Assembly (NCBI GenBank): GCA_048629905.1
Contig: JAIWHF010000001.1
Span: forward strand, 1-50,706
From: Methanosarcinales archaeon
Lineage (GTDB): Bacteria; Chloroflexota; Anaerolineae; Anaerolineales; E44-bin32
Direction of reading: 5' to 3'
Length of the DNA: 50,706 bases
Both the position numbers and the translations under genes were made by a program. Within the stretch, counting starts at the first letter, position 1. The number at the start of each line of letters is the position of its first letter. The notes under the pieces were generated by a model. It was given only the letters and a program-made list of their open reading frames with translations. It did no database searches and had not been told where the DNA came from. Shown one piece after another: positions 1 through 9,299 of the stretch.

Positions 1-121
1 GGAGTCAGGAGATCCCTCCCCCGCAGAGCTCACCCGAGCCGAAGAGCTGCAAGGCGAACGCTTCGCCAACACCCAATGGACGGAACGGATCTAGTGATAA
101 GTTAGTAGCTTTGGTGAGGTG

Positions 122-694
122 TTATTCTGAGCTGAAGCGCACGTTCGAGAATCCCAACGACCCCAGAAGACGGTACAGATAGGCCTCTGCGTTAACCTGC
201 GCCTGCTCGAGAATCCCATCGCTCAACGCGGCTTCCAGGATCTCTTTCTCCGCTGCCAGACGGGCGGCAGATTCAAGCTCGACGTCGCCGCGCCGCAAGA
301 AACCAACTTCACGGTCGTATACGTACGTCTTCTCATTATCCAATGCGGCTATAAAGATCTCTGCCGGGGGTAGTTGGAGCGTGACCACCCCCTTCTCATC
401 GATCGAGATATCACTCTCTGTGATTTCCGCCAGATCCACGCCGGCGATGACCGAGCCATGGGCAACAAGCAGGAGCCTATCCCCAAACAAGAAGCCGAAG
501 GGACCCTGGCGTGTCTCTGCCGTAATGACCTTCTCGACCGAGTAGTGAATGGTCTCCAGGCGAGCCAGCGACTGGACCTCTTGAATCAGGGTCACTGGAT
601 CGGGGATGATCGTCGGTGTGGGATGGAGCAGCCTGGCAACTTCCGTGGATACTCCCTGTTGGAGTTCAATCACAGGTTGTGTCGCCTGCTGCAC
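122..694 (-). CDS. DUF4230-like hypothetical protein
   Basis: 190-aa ORF with coding-like composition. The overall pattern (LARLETIHYSVEKVI... GSVIAGVDL...) resembles DUF4230 family members as I remember them. The overlapping plus-strand ORFs look like shadow frames. Confidence 0.5.
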   Translation of the reverse strand: MQQATQPVIELQQGVSTEVARLLHPTPTIIPDPVTLIQEVQSLARLETIHYSVEKVITAETRQGPFGFLFGDRLLLVAHGSVIAGVDLAEITESDISIDEKGVVTLQLPPAEIFIAALDNEKTYVYDREVGFLRRGDVELESAARLAAEKEILEAALSDGILEQAQVNAEAYLYRLLGSLGFSNVRFSSE

Positions 695-756
695 GCCGCT
701 CAGGAGGACGGCAACTGCTTCTTGTGCCCGTCCGTCATACGGTCTAAACTCAGCGC

Positions 757-1041
757 ATGCACGTCGCCGTCGTCACGATCGAACTCTATCTCCCCGGCTG
801 CAACTCCTTGAAAGAGAAACGCAGCAAGCTTAAACCGCTGCTCATAAGGTTGCAGCGCGAGTTCAATATCTCCACCGCCGAACTGGAGCATAATGATCTG
901 CACAGGTCTGCGGGGATCGCCTGCGCGGTTGTTGGGAACAACGATCGCCACCTACAGCGGACGTTGGAGACTATTCCAAGATGGATCGAACGGAACCGGC
1001 CAGACCTTCAGGTCGTTGATTATCAAATCATCCTCCTTTAA
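757..1041 (+). CDS. DUF503 (YlxP-like) family protein
   Basis: 94 aa. The N-terminal HVAVVTIELYLPGCNSLKEKRSKLKPL matches the characteristic hhhhhxLxhPxxxSLKEKR signature of DUF503. Confidence 0.65.
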   Translation: MHVAVVTIELYLPGCNSLKEKRSKLKPLLIRLQREFNISTAELEHNDLHRSAGIACAVVGNNDRHLQRTLETIPRWIERNRPDLQVVDYQIILL

Positions 1042-1067
1042 ATTCGGAGGAGATTAAGGAGTCTTTC

Positions 1068-1856
1068 ATGGATTTAGGTTTACAGGATCAAACAGCAGTC
1101 GTCACCGCCGCATCACGCGGGTTAGGGAAGGCCGCGGCGCAAGCGCTTGCACGAGAAGGCGCGAATATCGCTCTTTGTTCCCGCACGGATCAAATCTTCA
1201 CTACGGCAGAGGAGATTCAACAGGAGACTGGCGTGGATGTACTCGCCATACAAACCGACCTGACCGAACCGAAGCAAATTGAAGCGATGATTTCTAAAGC
1301 ACACAACCACTTTCAAAAAATCGACATCCTGATCATCAATGCCGGAGGCCCTCCTCCTGGAGGCTTCCTCGATCTCAAACCTGAGGATTGGACCACGGCA
1401 GTTGATCTAACCGTGATGAGCGCCGTGCGTCTTTGCTACGCCGTCGTGCCGCACATGCTTGAACAAGGACACGGCTCCATCGTCGCAACGCAATCCTACT
1501 CCGTCAAACAGCCGATCGACAACTTAATTCTCTCAAACTCGCTGAGGATGGCCGTGATCGGTTTGGTAAAGTCCCTCGCAAATGAACTCGGACCGAAGGG
1601 AATCCGTGTGAATTCGATCAACCCAGCCTGGACCTGGACGGATAGAGTGCAGCAGCTCATGACGGATCGCGCCGAGCGCAGTGGGACAACCATCGATGAC
1701 CAGGCAGGAAAAGTCACGGAAGACGTACCGCTGGGTCGCATGGGAACGGTCGAAGAATACGGAAAGACCATTGCCTGGCTGGCTTCCCCCGCAGCCTCCT
1801 TCATCCATGGGCACGCGCTCATGTTCGATGGCGGCGCAACAAAAGCCACGCTTTAG
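1068..1856 (+). CDS. SDR family oxidoreductase (3-oxoacyl-ACP reductase-like)
   Basis: 262 aa. Gly-rich dinucleotide site TAASRGLGKAAA, an NNAG-type motif IINAGG, and the C-terminal GHALMFDGG typical of classical SDRs. RBS GGAGGAG lies upstream. Confidence 0.85.
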   Translation: MDLGLQDQTAVVTAASRGLGKAAAQALAREGANIALCSRTDQIFTTAEEIQQETGVDVLAIQTDLTEPKQIEAMISKAHNHFQKIDILIINAGGPPPGGFLDLKPEDWTTAVDLTVMSAVRLCYAVVPHMLEQGHGSIVATQSYSVKQPIDNLILSNSLRMAVIGLVKSLANELGPKGIRVNSINPAWTWTDRVQQLMTDRAERSGTTIDDQAGKVTEDVPLGRMGTVEEYGKTIAWLASPAASFIHGHALMFDGGATKATL

Positions 1857-1891
1857 CAACACATTATCGTAAGTTAACCCGCTTAAACCTG

Positions 1892-1917
1892 AACCACGCA
1901 GCGAAGGCTGCGTGGTT
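1892..1917. terminator. Hairpin between convergent genes (possible bidirectional terminator)
   Basis: AACCACGCAGC-GAAG-GCTGCGTGGTT is an 11-bp perfect stem located between the SDR stop (1856) and the response regulator stop (1963). The flanking T-runs are weak. Confidence 0.45.
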
Positions 1918-1962
1918 AGTTAAGGGAAACGCGGTTGCCAGCCAGCGATCCAAACAAATAGT

Positions 1963-2352
1963 TCAGGCTGCGATAACTTGCTCCACCCTGAGCCGTCTAC
2001 GCATCAGCGTGCGCAGCCTGGAAGCGAGTAAACTAGCGTGAACGGGTTTGATAAGATAATCATCTGCCCCTGCATCCAATGCCCTTGCTACACTCCCCGG
2101 GGAGCCAATCGCAGAGAGAATTAGGATCGGGACATCACAGAACTCACGGATCCGCTCACAAACTTCCCAACCATCCATACTGGGCATTAACAAATCAAGG
2201 ATAATGACATCTGGCTGCTCATTGCGGCACTCTTCGACACCTTCTTCGCCGCTGAACACCGCTCGAATTTGAATGTCTTGGCCCCGCAACAACGTACGCA
2301 GCATGATCGCTAGATCGGGGTCGTCGTCGATGAGTAGAACGTCTACAGCCAT
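1963..2352 (-). CDS. Single-domain response regulator (CheY-like receiver)
   Basis: DVLLIDDDPD...DVIILDLLMPSMDGWEV...LSA...DDYLIKP are receiver motifs. ATG at 2352 is preferred over the upstream GTG at 2370 because an AAGGTAAGG RBS-like run precedes it. Confidence 0.85.
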   Translation of the reverse strand: MAVDVLLIDDDPDLAIMLRTLLRGQDIQIRAVFSGEEGVEECRNEQPDVIILDLLMPSMDGWEVCERIREFCDVPILILSAIGSPGSVARALDAGADDYLIKPVHASLLASRLRTLMRRRLRVEQVIAA

Positions 2353-2500
2353 ATTTACCTTACCTTTCACTGTAGCTATTATCCTTGATTTTTAACGACT
2401 TGAACCTTACAAGGTCCTTTCACTGTAAAGCGGACTTTGCTTGCTAGGAATCAGCAGAAAGGCTATGATGGTTTCAATAGAAATCGACAGAGGGTTCCAC

Positions 2501-3682
2501 ATGCCAAAGTCTTCCCAACAAACTCCCAATATTCAATTAATCCTATGCCCCCAGTGTGAGCACCCTCTCCCAGGGGATGCGAGGACATGTCCCAATTGTG
2601 GAATCGACCTGGCTCTCCTTTCCCTCCTTGGGGAAAAAGCCTATCTCGATGGCTCACCCAAATACGCTCCAATGGACACAACGCCGCAATGGCTCGTGCC
2701 CCGCATCGGGGATTTCCTCATCAAGCAAGGTGAGATCACTGAGGAGCAGCTCAAGATGGCCCTGGCGCGCCAGAAAGAGGCTGCGGAAAGCGGCGAGCAT
2801 GTTCTCCTCGGCCAGACGCTGCTAGAGCTGGGCTACCTGGAGCGAGAGACTCTGGATCGAGCGATAACTCAGCAGATCGTAGAGCTGCATGCCGCCCTCC
2901 AGGAATCAAACAGGACTTTACAACAGCGGGTAACGGAGAGGACGAAAGAACTCAGACACGCACTCGAGCGACTGACCGAGATCAACCAGATTAAAGCCAA
3001 TCTCATCTCCAACATATCGCATGAACTTAGAACGCCGCTAGCGCATATCAAAGGGTATGTTGAACTTTTCGTTGCCGGTGAGTTGGGCGATCTCACTGAG
3101 GAGCAAAGCGAGGCGATGCAAGTGACTGTGCGAGCGACAAACCGTCTTAGTGGTTTGATCGAAGACTTGATTGAGTTTTCAACGGCGTCGCGTGAGGGCA
3201 TCACACTCCACCTGCAGCCGGTTTCGATACCAGAGTTGATCGATGGAGTTCTCAATCGCTCCAACGAGAAGGCGAAAAAAGCAGGCGTCACCCTGGAGGC
3301 CATGCTCGCAAATGATTTGCCTGATTTGCAGGTGGACCCTGAGCGGCTCTCCTGGGCGATCTTTCAGTTGGTCGATAACGGGGTTAAATTTACCCCTGAT
3401 GGGGGAAAGGTAAACATTCAGGTAGGAATCGAGGATCTGGGGATACATTTTGCTGTGTCCGACACCGGTATTGGCATACCCGAAGACCGCATCCAGGAGA
3501 TCTTCGAGCCCTTCCACCAGCTGGACGGCTCGCCGACAAGGCGATATGGAGGTGCTGGCTTGGGTCTTGCACTTGTAGAGATAATCGTAGATGCTCACGG
3601 TGCTGAATTGTCCGTTGAAAGCCAGGAAGGCCAAGGGACGAAATTTGAATTTACGATCCCGACAGCTTTAGGAAATAAATGA
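2501..3682 (+). CDS. Sensor histidine kinase with N-terminal zinc ribbon and MshEN/T2SSE_N-like domain
   Basis: CPQC...CPNC zinc ribbon. Two tandem LGxxLhxxGxhxxxxLxxAhxxQ motifs at 2702-2875. HisKA H-box ISHELRTPL. HATPase N/G boxes (DNGVKFT, DTGIGIP, GGAGLGL). ATG at 2501 with RBS AGAGGG is preferred to the TTG at 2441. Confidence 0.85.
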   Translation: MPKSSQQTPNIQLILCPQCEHPLPGDARTCPNCGIDLALLSLLGEKAYLDGSPKYAPMDTTPQWLVPRIGDFLIKQGEITEEQLKMALARQKEAAESGEHVLLGQTLLELGYLERETLDRAITQQIVELHAALQESNRTLQQRVTERTKELRHALERLTEINQIKANLISNISHELRTPLAHIKGYVELFVAGELGDLTEEQSEAMQVTVRATNRLSGLIEDLIEFSTASREGITLHLQPVSIPELIDGVLNRSNEKAKKAGVTLEAMLANDLPDLQVDPERLSWAIFQLVDNGVKFTPDGGKVNIQVGIEDLGIHFAVSDTGIGIPEDRIQEIFEPFHQLDGSPTRRYGGAGLGLALVEIIVDAHGAELSVESQEGQGTKFEFTIPTALGNK

Positions 3683-4929
3683 CCGGTCCATTAATTCCGA
3701 CTGAATCTCTTACGTACGGCACGGAATTAAACGCCGTCTACGCCATCGCTCGCATCGTCGCAGAAACCTTTGATACCGATGCGGGACTCGATGCGATTTT
3801 CCGTCTTGCACGCACAATCTTCATCTTCGATACCGTCGCTCTTTATCTCGAGAATGAAGAGTCGCATGAAATAGAACCCAGCTATGCTCGCGCACTGGGT
3901 CGGGGCAGATCGCGTGGGGCGGATCTCGATTGGGGCGAGCCAGCCGCAGAGGAAGCCTTTCGCTCGGGCCAAACCGTGCTGCGACAGGAGGATGCCGGTC
4001 CGATCGTGAAAGGACGTGAGCGGCGACGCGATTTTCTCGGCGTACCGCTGCTTGTCGGTGGGCGGTGTGTAGGAAGTCTCGCCTTCGGAAGATTCGGGGG
4101 ACCCTCTTTCCCGTCGGAACACATTCAATTGGCGGAGTTTGTCGCCTGGCACGTTGGGCAGCTCCTGGAGAACCGCCGTCTCTCCCGACGCATCGCTAGT
4201 TTGGAAGCACAGCGTGAGCTGACCCGTATGCAGGATGATTTCATCTCAACAATCTCACATGAACTGCGAACCCCGCTGGGGTTCATTAAAGGATACGTTA
4301 CGACGCTCTTGCGTGAGGACACAGAGTGGGACGAGACAAGCCGGGATGATTTCCTCAAAATCATCGACGATGAAGCGGATCGACTCAGCGAACTCATCGA
4401 TAACTTATTGGATTCATCCCGACTGGAAAGCGGGACTTTGAGCATGACTTTCGAGCCAGCTCGCCTCGGCCCTGTCGTCCGAGCTATGATTCAAAGAGTC
4501 GAGGGGGCCACTCCAGAAATTGAGGTCATCACGGAGATGCCCGATGACCTCCCGATTCTCGAGATCGATTCCACGCGCATCGCCCAGGTACTGGACAACT
4601 TCCTTACCAACGCCTCGAAATACGCGCCCGGGGCGAAGGTGTATATTAAAGTAGATGCCGATGATGAACGCGTGCGTGTCGAAGTTCAGGATGAAGGCCC
4701 TGGAATTACCCAGGAGCATCTTTCACACCTATTCGAGCGCTTCTACCGAGTCCCAATAAACGCTGCCACCCGCGGCACGGGTCTTGGACTTTACATCTCC
4801 CGCAAGATCATCGATGCGCATGGCGGTGAAATAGGAGTTGAGAGTATAGTAGGGGAAGGAACGAGTTTCTTCTTTACGCTCCCCGTTAAAACGATAAATA
4901 TTGAGGAGCAGGAGGGCGAATATGTCTGA
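3679..4929 (+). CDS. GAF-domain sensor histidine kinase
   Basis: The N-terminal ~170 aa are GAF-like. H-box ISHELRTPLGFIKGY and HATPase motifs (NASKYAP, DEGPGI, GTGLGLYISRKI) follow. The ATGA start overlaps the stop of the previous kinase. Confidence 0.85.
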   Translation: MTGPLIPTESLTYGTELNAVYAIARIVAETFDTDAGLDAIFRLARTIFIFDTVALYLENEESHEIEPSYARALGRGRSRGADLDWGEPAAEEAFRSGQTVLRQEDAGPIVKGRERRRDFLGVPLLVGGRCVGSLAFGRFGGPSFPSEHIQLAEFVAWHVGQLLENRRLSRRIASLEAQRELTRMQDDFISTISHELRTPLGFIKGYVTTLLREDTEWDETSRDDFLKIIDDEADRLSELIDNLLDSSRLESGTLSMTFEPARLGPVVRAMIQRVEGATPEIEVITEMPDDLPILEIDSTRIAQVLDNFLTNASKYAPGAKVYIKVDADDERVRVEVQDEGPGITQEHLSHLFERFYRVPINAATRGTGLGLYISRKIIDAHGGEIGVESIVGEGTSFFFTLPVKTINIEEQEGEYV

Positions 4930-5623
4930 CCCGAAAATGATTCTGGTCGTCGATGACGAACCACGTTATCTGAGCCTTGTGGAAATCAACCTTGAAACTG
5001 CGGGGTATGAAGTGATCACGGCGATGAATGGGCAGCAAGCTGTTGATGCAGTCGCCGAACACAAACCTGACATCGTCCTCCTCGACGTCATGATGCCGGT
5101 TATGGATGGCTTCACAGCTTGTGAACGCATCCGCGAATTTTCATCCATCCCTATCATAATTCTCACAGCGAAGGGGGAAGAGCGCGATCGCGTGCGTGGG
5201 CTCGATGCAGGTGCCGATGATTACATCGTCAAACCATTTTCAGCGCAGGAGCTACTCGCCCGAGTCCGCGCCGTGCTGAGAAGAGCCGAGCGTGAAACCG
5301 TTGAAGGGTTCCATGAACCTCTTTTCAAGCACGACGGATTAGAGTTGGACCTTGCGCGCGCACAGGTCAATGTAGATGGGGAGGAAGTCGCCCTTACCGC
5401 GACTGAATATCGTCTGCTTCAAACACTGGCCAACAACACTGGCCGAGTGCTCAGCCCGGAAGATCTGCTGATGTCAGTCTGGGGAGACGAATACAAAGAT
5501 GACAAGGAAATCCTTTGGGTTTGCCTCAGCCGGCTTCGCCAAAAGATCGAACCCGATCCCAAGAACCCGATACATATCATCACCAAACAAGGGATTGGGT
5601 ACATGATGCCCTCAGTTGAATAG
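4922..5623 (+). CDS. OmpR/PhoB-family DNA-binding response regulator
   Basis: Receiver domain (ILVVDDEP, DIVLLDVMMP, LTAKG, ADDYIVKPF) plus a winged-helix output (LTATEYRLLQTLA...GIGYM). ATG at 4922 follows RBS GGAGGG and overlaps the kinase stop by 8 nt. Confidence 0.9.
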   Translation: MSDPKMILVVDDEPRYLSLVEINLETAGYEVITAMNGQQAVDAVAEHKPDIVLLDVMMPVMDGFTACERIREFSSIPIIILTAKGEERDRVRGLDAGADDYIVKPFSAQELLARVRAVLRRAERETVEGFHEPLFKHDGLELDLARAQVNVDGEEVALTATEYRLLQTLANNTGRVLSPEDLLMSVWGDEYKDDKEILWVCLSRLRQKIEPDPKNPIHIITKQGIGYMMPSVE

Positions 5624-5649
5624 CACTAGACCCCACGGGTAGCGCTGGA

Positions 5650-6792
5650 ATGCCAACACCTTCATTGCTCGTTATTGAGCCTGATCGAAAGACCTCTGTC
5701 TTTATCCACCATATGCTCACGCAAACGGGCTATGAAGTTCAGGTAGTTCCAACGGGTAAGGAAGGGTTAATTGCAGCGTGGAGCAATACGCCCGACGTCA
5801 TCGTCACCGAATTAGATCTCCCAGATATCGATTTTGTTGAACTCATCCAGAAGTTTAAAAATGATCAACGCACGAGCCGGACCACCCTGATCGGCTTTAC
5901 TCATCTTAGCGCGCCCGAAGCCACCGTCGCCGGCATAGATGCAGGTCTGGACCACATCATCATCAAACAAACCGACGCTGTGGAAGCTCTAATTAGCTAC
6001 CTGGCGGAAGGACAGCGAGCGGGTGCAACAGAGAGGAGCACTGCGGCGACTCCTCATCTCGCTCAAGTGATCGCCTTCTTGGGGGCAAAAGGTGGGGTCG
6101 GGACATCTTCGATTTGCGTGAATATCGCCCACCTCATCTCACAAGCTGTAGGACCAGACAAGACCGTTGTTCTCGATCTCGTCCTGCCGATTGGGTCCTT
6201 ATGCGAGATTACCGGAATGATGGGGCCACCGGATGTCGTCGACCTGACGGAACTAGAACCAAGCCAGCTTACCCATGATTATCTGCGCGAGAATCTCTTA
6301 ACTCCACAGGGGTGGGATACCAAGTTTATCCCGGGAGCCAGCAGCCCGGACCAGGCAGAGAGATTGAACGCGGACCGACTTGCCCCACTTCTACAATCGC
6401 TCCGCTCCACATACGAATACGTCATTGTTGACCTGGGGCGCAACCTTTCGCCTTTGGCTCGACTGGTGATGAGCGTAGCCAAGGATCTTGTACTTGTCCT
6501 CATGCCCGATGATGAATGTGTTAACAATGCACATGCGATCGCGGATTATCTAGACAACCACGGCATCCAGACCGATCGACTGCAGTACATCTCTAACCGC
6601 CCCCTGCCAACCGAAGGGTTAACCCAGAGGACCCTGGCAGATCGCATGAACGTGGAGATGCTGGCCGCGGTGCCAAACATCGGTACGCAGTTTACGCTGC
6701 TAAACTCCCTCCATGCTCCTTTGCAATTGCGCTTCCCTGACGAACGAGCCAACCTCATTCTCAAAGACGCAGCTTCTCGCCTGCTCCAATAA
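5650..6792 (+). CDS. Receiver domain fused to a ParA/MinD-type (CpaE-like) ATPase
   Basis: N-terminal receiver-like fold (LLVIEPD...VIVTELDLPD). A deviant Walker A, FLGAKGGVGTSSICVNIA, is followed by a ParA/CpaE-like body (VVLDLV, YVIVDLG). Confidence 0.65.
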   Translation: MPTPSLLVIEPDRKTSVFIHHMLTQTGYEVQVVPTGKEGLIAAWSNTPDVIVTELDLPDIDFVELIQKFKNDQRTSRTTLIGFTHLSAPEATVAGIDAGLDHIIIKQTDAVEALISYLAEGQRAGATERSTAATPHLAQVIAFLGAKGGVGTSSICVNIAHLISQAVGPDKTVVLDLVLPIGSLCEITGMMGPPDVVDLTELEPSQLTHDYLRENLLTPQGWDTKFIPGASSPDQAERLNADRLAPLLQSLRSTYEYVIVDLGRNLSPLARLVMSVAKDLVLVLMPDDECVNNAHAIADYLDNHGIQTDRLQYISNRPLPTEGLTQRTLADRMNVEMLAAVPNIGTQFTLLNSLHAPLQLRFPDERANLILKDAASRLLQ

Positions 6793-7019
6793 TTAATCGG
6801 GATGTCCAATATCAGTTAATACCCGGTTCTAGAAGGCACATCTGATCATTAGCTGTTCAATTCCCCATTGGATCACCTACGATTTAATTTGCCAATCTTG
6901 AGCTGATCATCGATTGGGTTTCTAACGAACGCTCACCGGGTGATTAAAGGCCTTGTTGTTTTGCGATTAAGATCAATGTCTTCCTGATCTCTGGTATGTG
7001 GGTCTAAAGTGTGGACATT

Positions 7020-7028
7020 TGCTATAAT
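7020..7028 (+). promoter_or_regulatory. Extended -10 promoter element TGCTATAAT
   Basis: An exact TGnTATAAT lies 29 nt upstream of the ATG at 7058, with RBS GGGAG between them. The same 9-mer recurs upstream of secA and of the aspS leader. Confidence 0.4.
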
Positions 7029-7057
7029 CCCCTCAATCCGCAATCGGGAGCTGCATA

Positions 7058-7729
7058 ATGACGGATCAACAAACCCGAATTTTACGCGCCAAAATGCTGG
7101 GCGCTCTGATGCGTGAGAAACGCTTGGAAACCGGGATGAGCTTGAAAGATATGGCGAAGCTTATCGGCAAGACGACCAGCACACTCTCCTCGTATGAGCA
7201 TGGCCGAAAGTCTATCTCCTTGCCAGAACTTGAACTCTTTGCATTCCATCTAGATACCCCTCTGCGCTACTTTATCTCACCATCCGCTGCTGATATTGGA
7301 GAGGATTACACGTTTGATCCGACCATCATGGTCTCACTGCGGCAGCGAATAATCGGTGCAATGATGCGCAAACGAAGACTCGAGCTAGGAATGTCGATTC
7401 GGGAACTTGCGGCGACAGTCGATATGCCACCTAGCCGAGTGAGCAATTATGAACGTGGTTTGCGCCCTATTCCCATCCCCGATCTGGAAAGCCTGGTTAA
7501 TGCCATCCAGCAACCCGTGGATGAGCTGATCGACCACGAGGGGCCGATCGGCAACTGGCATATGACCCAGCAAGCGTTCGAACGCTTCTGTGAACTTCCT
7601 GCGGATCTACGCGCCTTCTTCAGCACTCCTGAAAACGAGCCCTATCTCAAGATGGCAGAGCGGCTGTCAAAACTTGATCTGTACGCCTTGCAAAGAGTCG
7701 CTCAGGCGTTTGATGATCTAGTCCAATGA
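7058..7729 (+). CDS. Transcriptional regulator with two XRE-type helix-turn-helix domains
   Basis: Two internal repeats, REKRLETGMSLKDMAKLIGKTTSTLSSYEHGRKSISLPEL and RKRRLELGMSIRELAATVDMPPSRVSNYERGLRPIPIPDL, each match the HTH_XRE pattern. Confidence 0.75.
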   Translation: MTDQQTRILRAKMLGALMREKRLETGMSLKDMAKLIGKTTSTLSSYEHGRKSISLPELELFAFHLDTPLRYFISPSAADIGEDYTFDPTIMVSLRQRIIGAMMRKRRLELGMSIRELAATVDMPPSRVSNYERGLRPIPIPDLESLVNAIQQPVDELIDHEGPIGNWHMTQQAFERFCELPADLRAFFSTPENEPYLKMAERLSKLDLYALQRVAQAFDDLVQ

Positions 7730-8277
7730 CTCAAGATTCGAATTCGCCCGAGAAACTCTCCCAGGACGCGCTCGACGCCTATCAACACGGAGCGTATGAG
7801 GATGCCGTCCAAGGCTTTCAGGCGGCAAAGCGAGACTTCCTCGATCGCGGTGACGACATAAATGCAGCAGAAGCCGCCAATAATCTCTCCGTTGTCCTGC
7901 TCAAGATGGATCGGACGCGCGAGGCCCTAGACGCTGTGAGGGGGACCCCCGAAATCTTCCAGCGCGCCGGCAACAGCCAGATGGAAGCGATGGCTTTGGG
8001 AAATCTGGCTTCAGCACTTGAAGCCAATGGGGAGGTCAAGCAAGCGGAGGAATGTTATATACAAGCCCTCACGCGCCTTGAGGACAGCGACGATCAAGAA
8101 ACACGGTCCTACATCCTTCAATCACTCTCAAGGATCCAATTGCGCGGTGGTAAGCCTTTTGATGCCCTGAACAGCATGCAAGGAGCGCTCGATTCTCAGC
8201 CGCGCCTTCGTTGGCGCGACCGCATCCTTCGCAGACTCTTTGACATACCCGCACGACTCCTCGGTCGAGGATCCTAA
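7726..8277 (+). CDS. TPR-repeat protein
   Basis: 183 aa with several 34-residue Ala/Leu/Gly-patterned repeats (AYQHGAYEDAVQGFQAA..., NLSVVLLKMDRTREAL..., ALGNLASALEANGEVKQAEECY). Its start overlaps the upstream stop in an ATGA arrangement. Confidence 0.6.
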   Translation: MTQDSNSPEKLSQDALDAYQHGAYEDAVQGFQAAKRDFLDRGDDINAAEAANNLSVVLLKMDRTREALDAVRGTPEIFQRAGNSQMEAMALGNLASALEANGEVKQAEECYIQALTRLEDSDDQETRSYILQSLSRIQLRGGKPFDALNSMQGALDSQPRLRWRDRILRRLFDIPARLLGRGS

Positions 8278-8294
8278 TCCATCCCCCAGAGAGT

Positions 8295-9158
8295 TTGGAC
8301 GCGATGCAATCGCAATCATCATGGACAGTCCGGCAGACGCAGTCTAGCGATCAAAGCTTAATCTCTTCCCTATTGACAAACGCATCTCACAAGCACATTC
8401 ACTTCGACTGGTTGAACGTTCTAGACCTGCTAGATGAAGCGCCCTTTCTCATTGCCCTCAACAAAGATAGACCGGTTGCTTGCCTTGCCTGCCAGCCTGA
8501 CCCCCCACAGGTCGCTTGGATACGCCTCTTTGCCGTATTGAAAGACGTTCCTAAATACCCAGTGTGGGACCGCCTCTGGAAGGCGGCTGCGGAGGACGCT
8601 GTAAAGCTCGGCGCATCGCAGGCGGTGGCCCTCGCCACACAGGATTGGTTCATCCCCTTCCTCAAAGAATTCGGCTTTATTGAGACGAACAAGGTTATCT
8701 TTTTCAAGTGGGATGGAGACCCGATTACAAACCTCCAGGAACCTGGGTTTAAGCTCAGAAATATGGCATCGGAAGATCTCCCTGCAGTCGCTCTCGTAGA
8801 CCAGAGCGCCTTCGATCCCGTCTGGGCTCTGTCCCTGCGATCGCTTCGCACCGCCTACCGTCTCTCCTCATTGGCAACGGTCATATTAAAAGGAGACAAG
8901 ATTGTCGCCTATCAAATGAGCACATCATCCGCGCTGGGCGCCCACATCGCCCGCCTGGCCGTCCACCCTGACCTGCAGGGAATGGGCTGTGGGAAAACTC
9001 TCATCGCCAACGTTCTACATGGTTTTTCTCAGCGCGGGATAGAGCAAGTGACCGTGAATACACAAGCGGATAACCTCCGCAGCCAGCAGCTCTATCGCTC
9101 CCTCGGTTTTCAACCCACGGGCCAGCGTTTCTCTCTCCTAGAAACCAAATTATCTTAG
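8295..9158 (+). CDS. GNAT family N-acetyltransferase
   Basis: The C-terminal half has the acetyl-CoA site RLAVHPDLQGMGCGKTLI and the ...NTQADNLRSQQLYRSLGF motif typical of GNAT. The N-terminal half is a degenerate second GNAT-like fold. Confidence 0.75.
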   Translation: MDAMQSQSSWTVRQTQSSDQSLISSLLTNASHKHIHFDWLNVLDLLDEAPFLIALNKDRPVACLACQPDPPQVAWIRLFAVLKDVPKYPVWDRLWKAAAEDAVKLGASQAVALATQDWFIPFLKEFGFIETNKVIFFKWDGDPITNLQEPGFKLRNMASEDLPAVALVDQSAFDPVWALSLRSLRTAYRLSSLATVILKGDKIVAYQMSTSSALGAHIARLAVHPDLQGMGCGKTLIANVLHGFSQRGIEQVTVNTQADNLRSQQLYRSLGFQPTGQRFSLLETKLS

Positions 9159-9299
9159 CTCCGTTATCTGGGTGGCACTTCTCGACTGAATTTTTTTACA
9201 TTCGAGTCATTGTCTCGAGTCGACATTATTCTGTCTACATCGCTTCTTCAATATGTGAAGTTAGGAAGCAGGCGCAGCCTGCGCTTTGAGGGTTGCACG

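Noticed and set aside
2-94. Possible 3' end of a plus-strand CDS (...ESGDPSPAELTRAEELQGERFANTQWTERI-stop) at the window edge.
   Set aside because: Only 30 codons are visible and I recognise no motif, so it cannot be supported as a feature.
374-951. ORFs 374..811 (+), 606..833 (+) and 700..951 (-) overlapping the DUF4230 and DUF503 genes.
   Set aside because: These are shadow frames of better-supported genes. They have Arg/Cys/Ser-rich composition, no motifs and no RBS.
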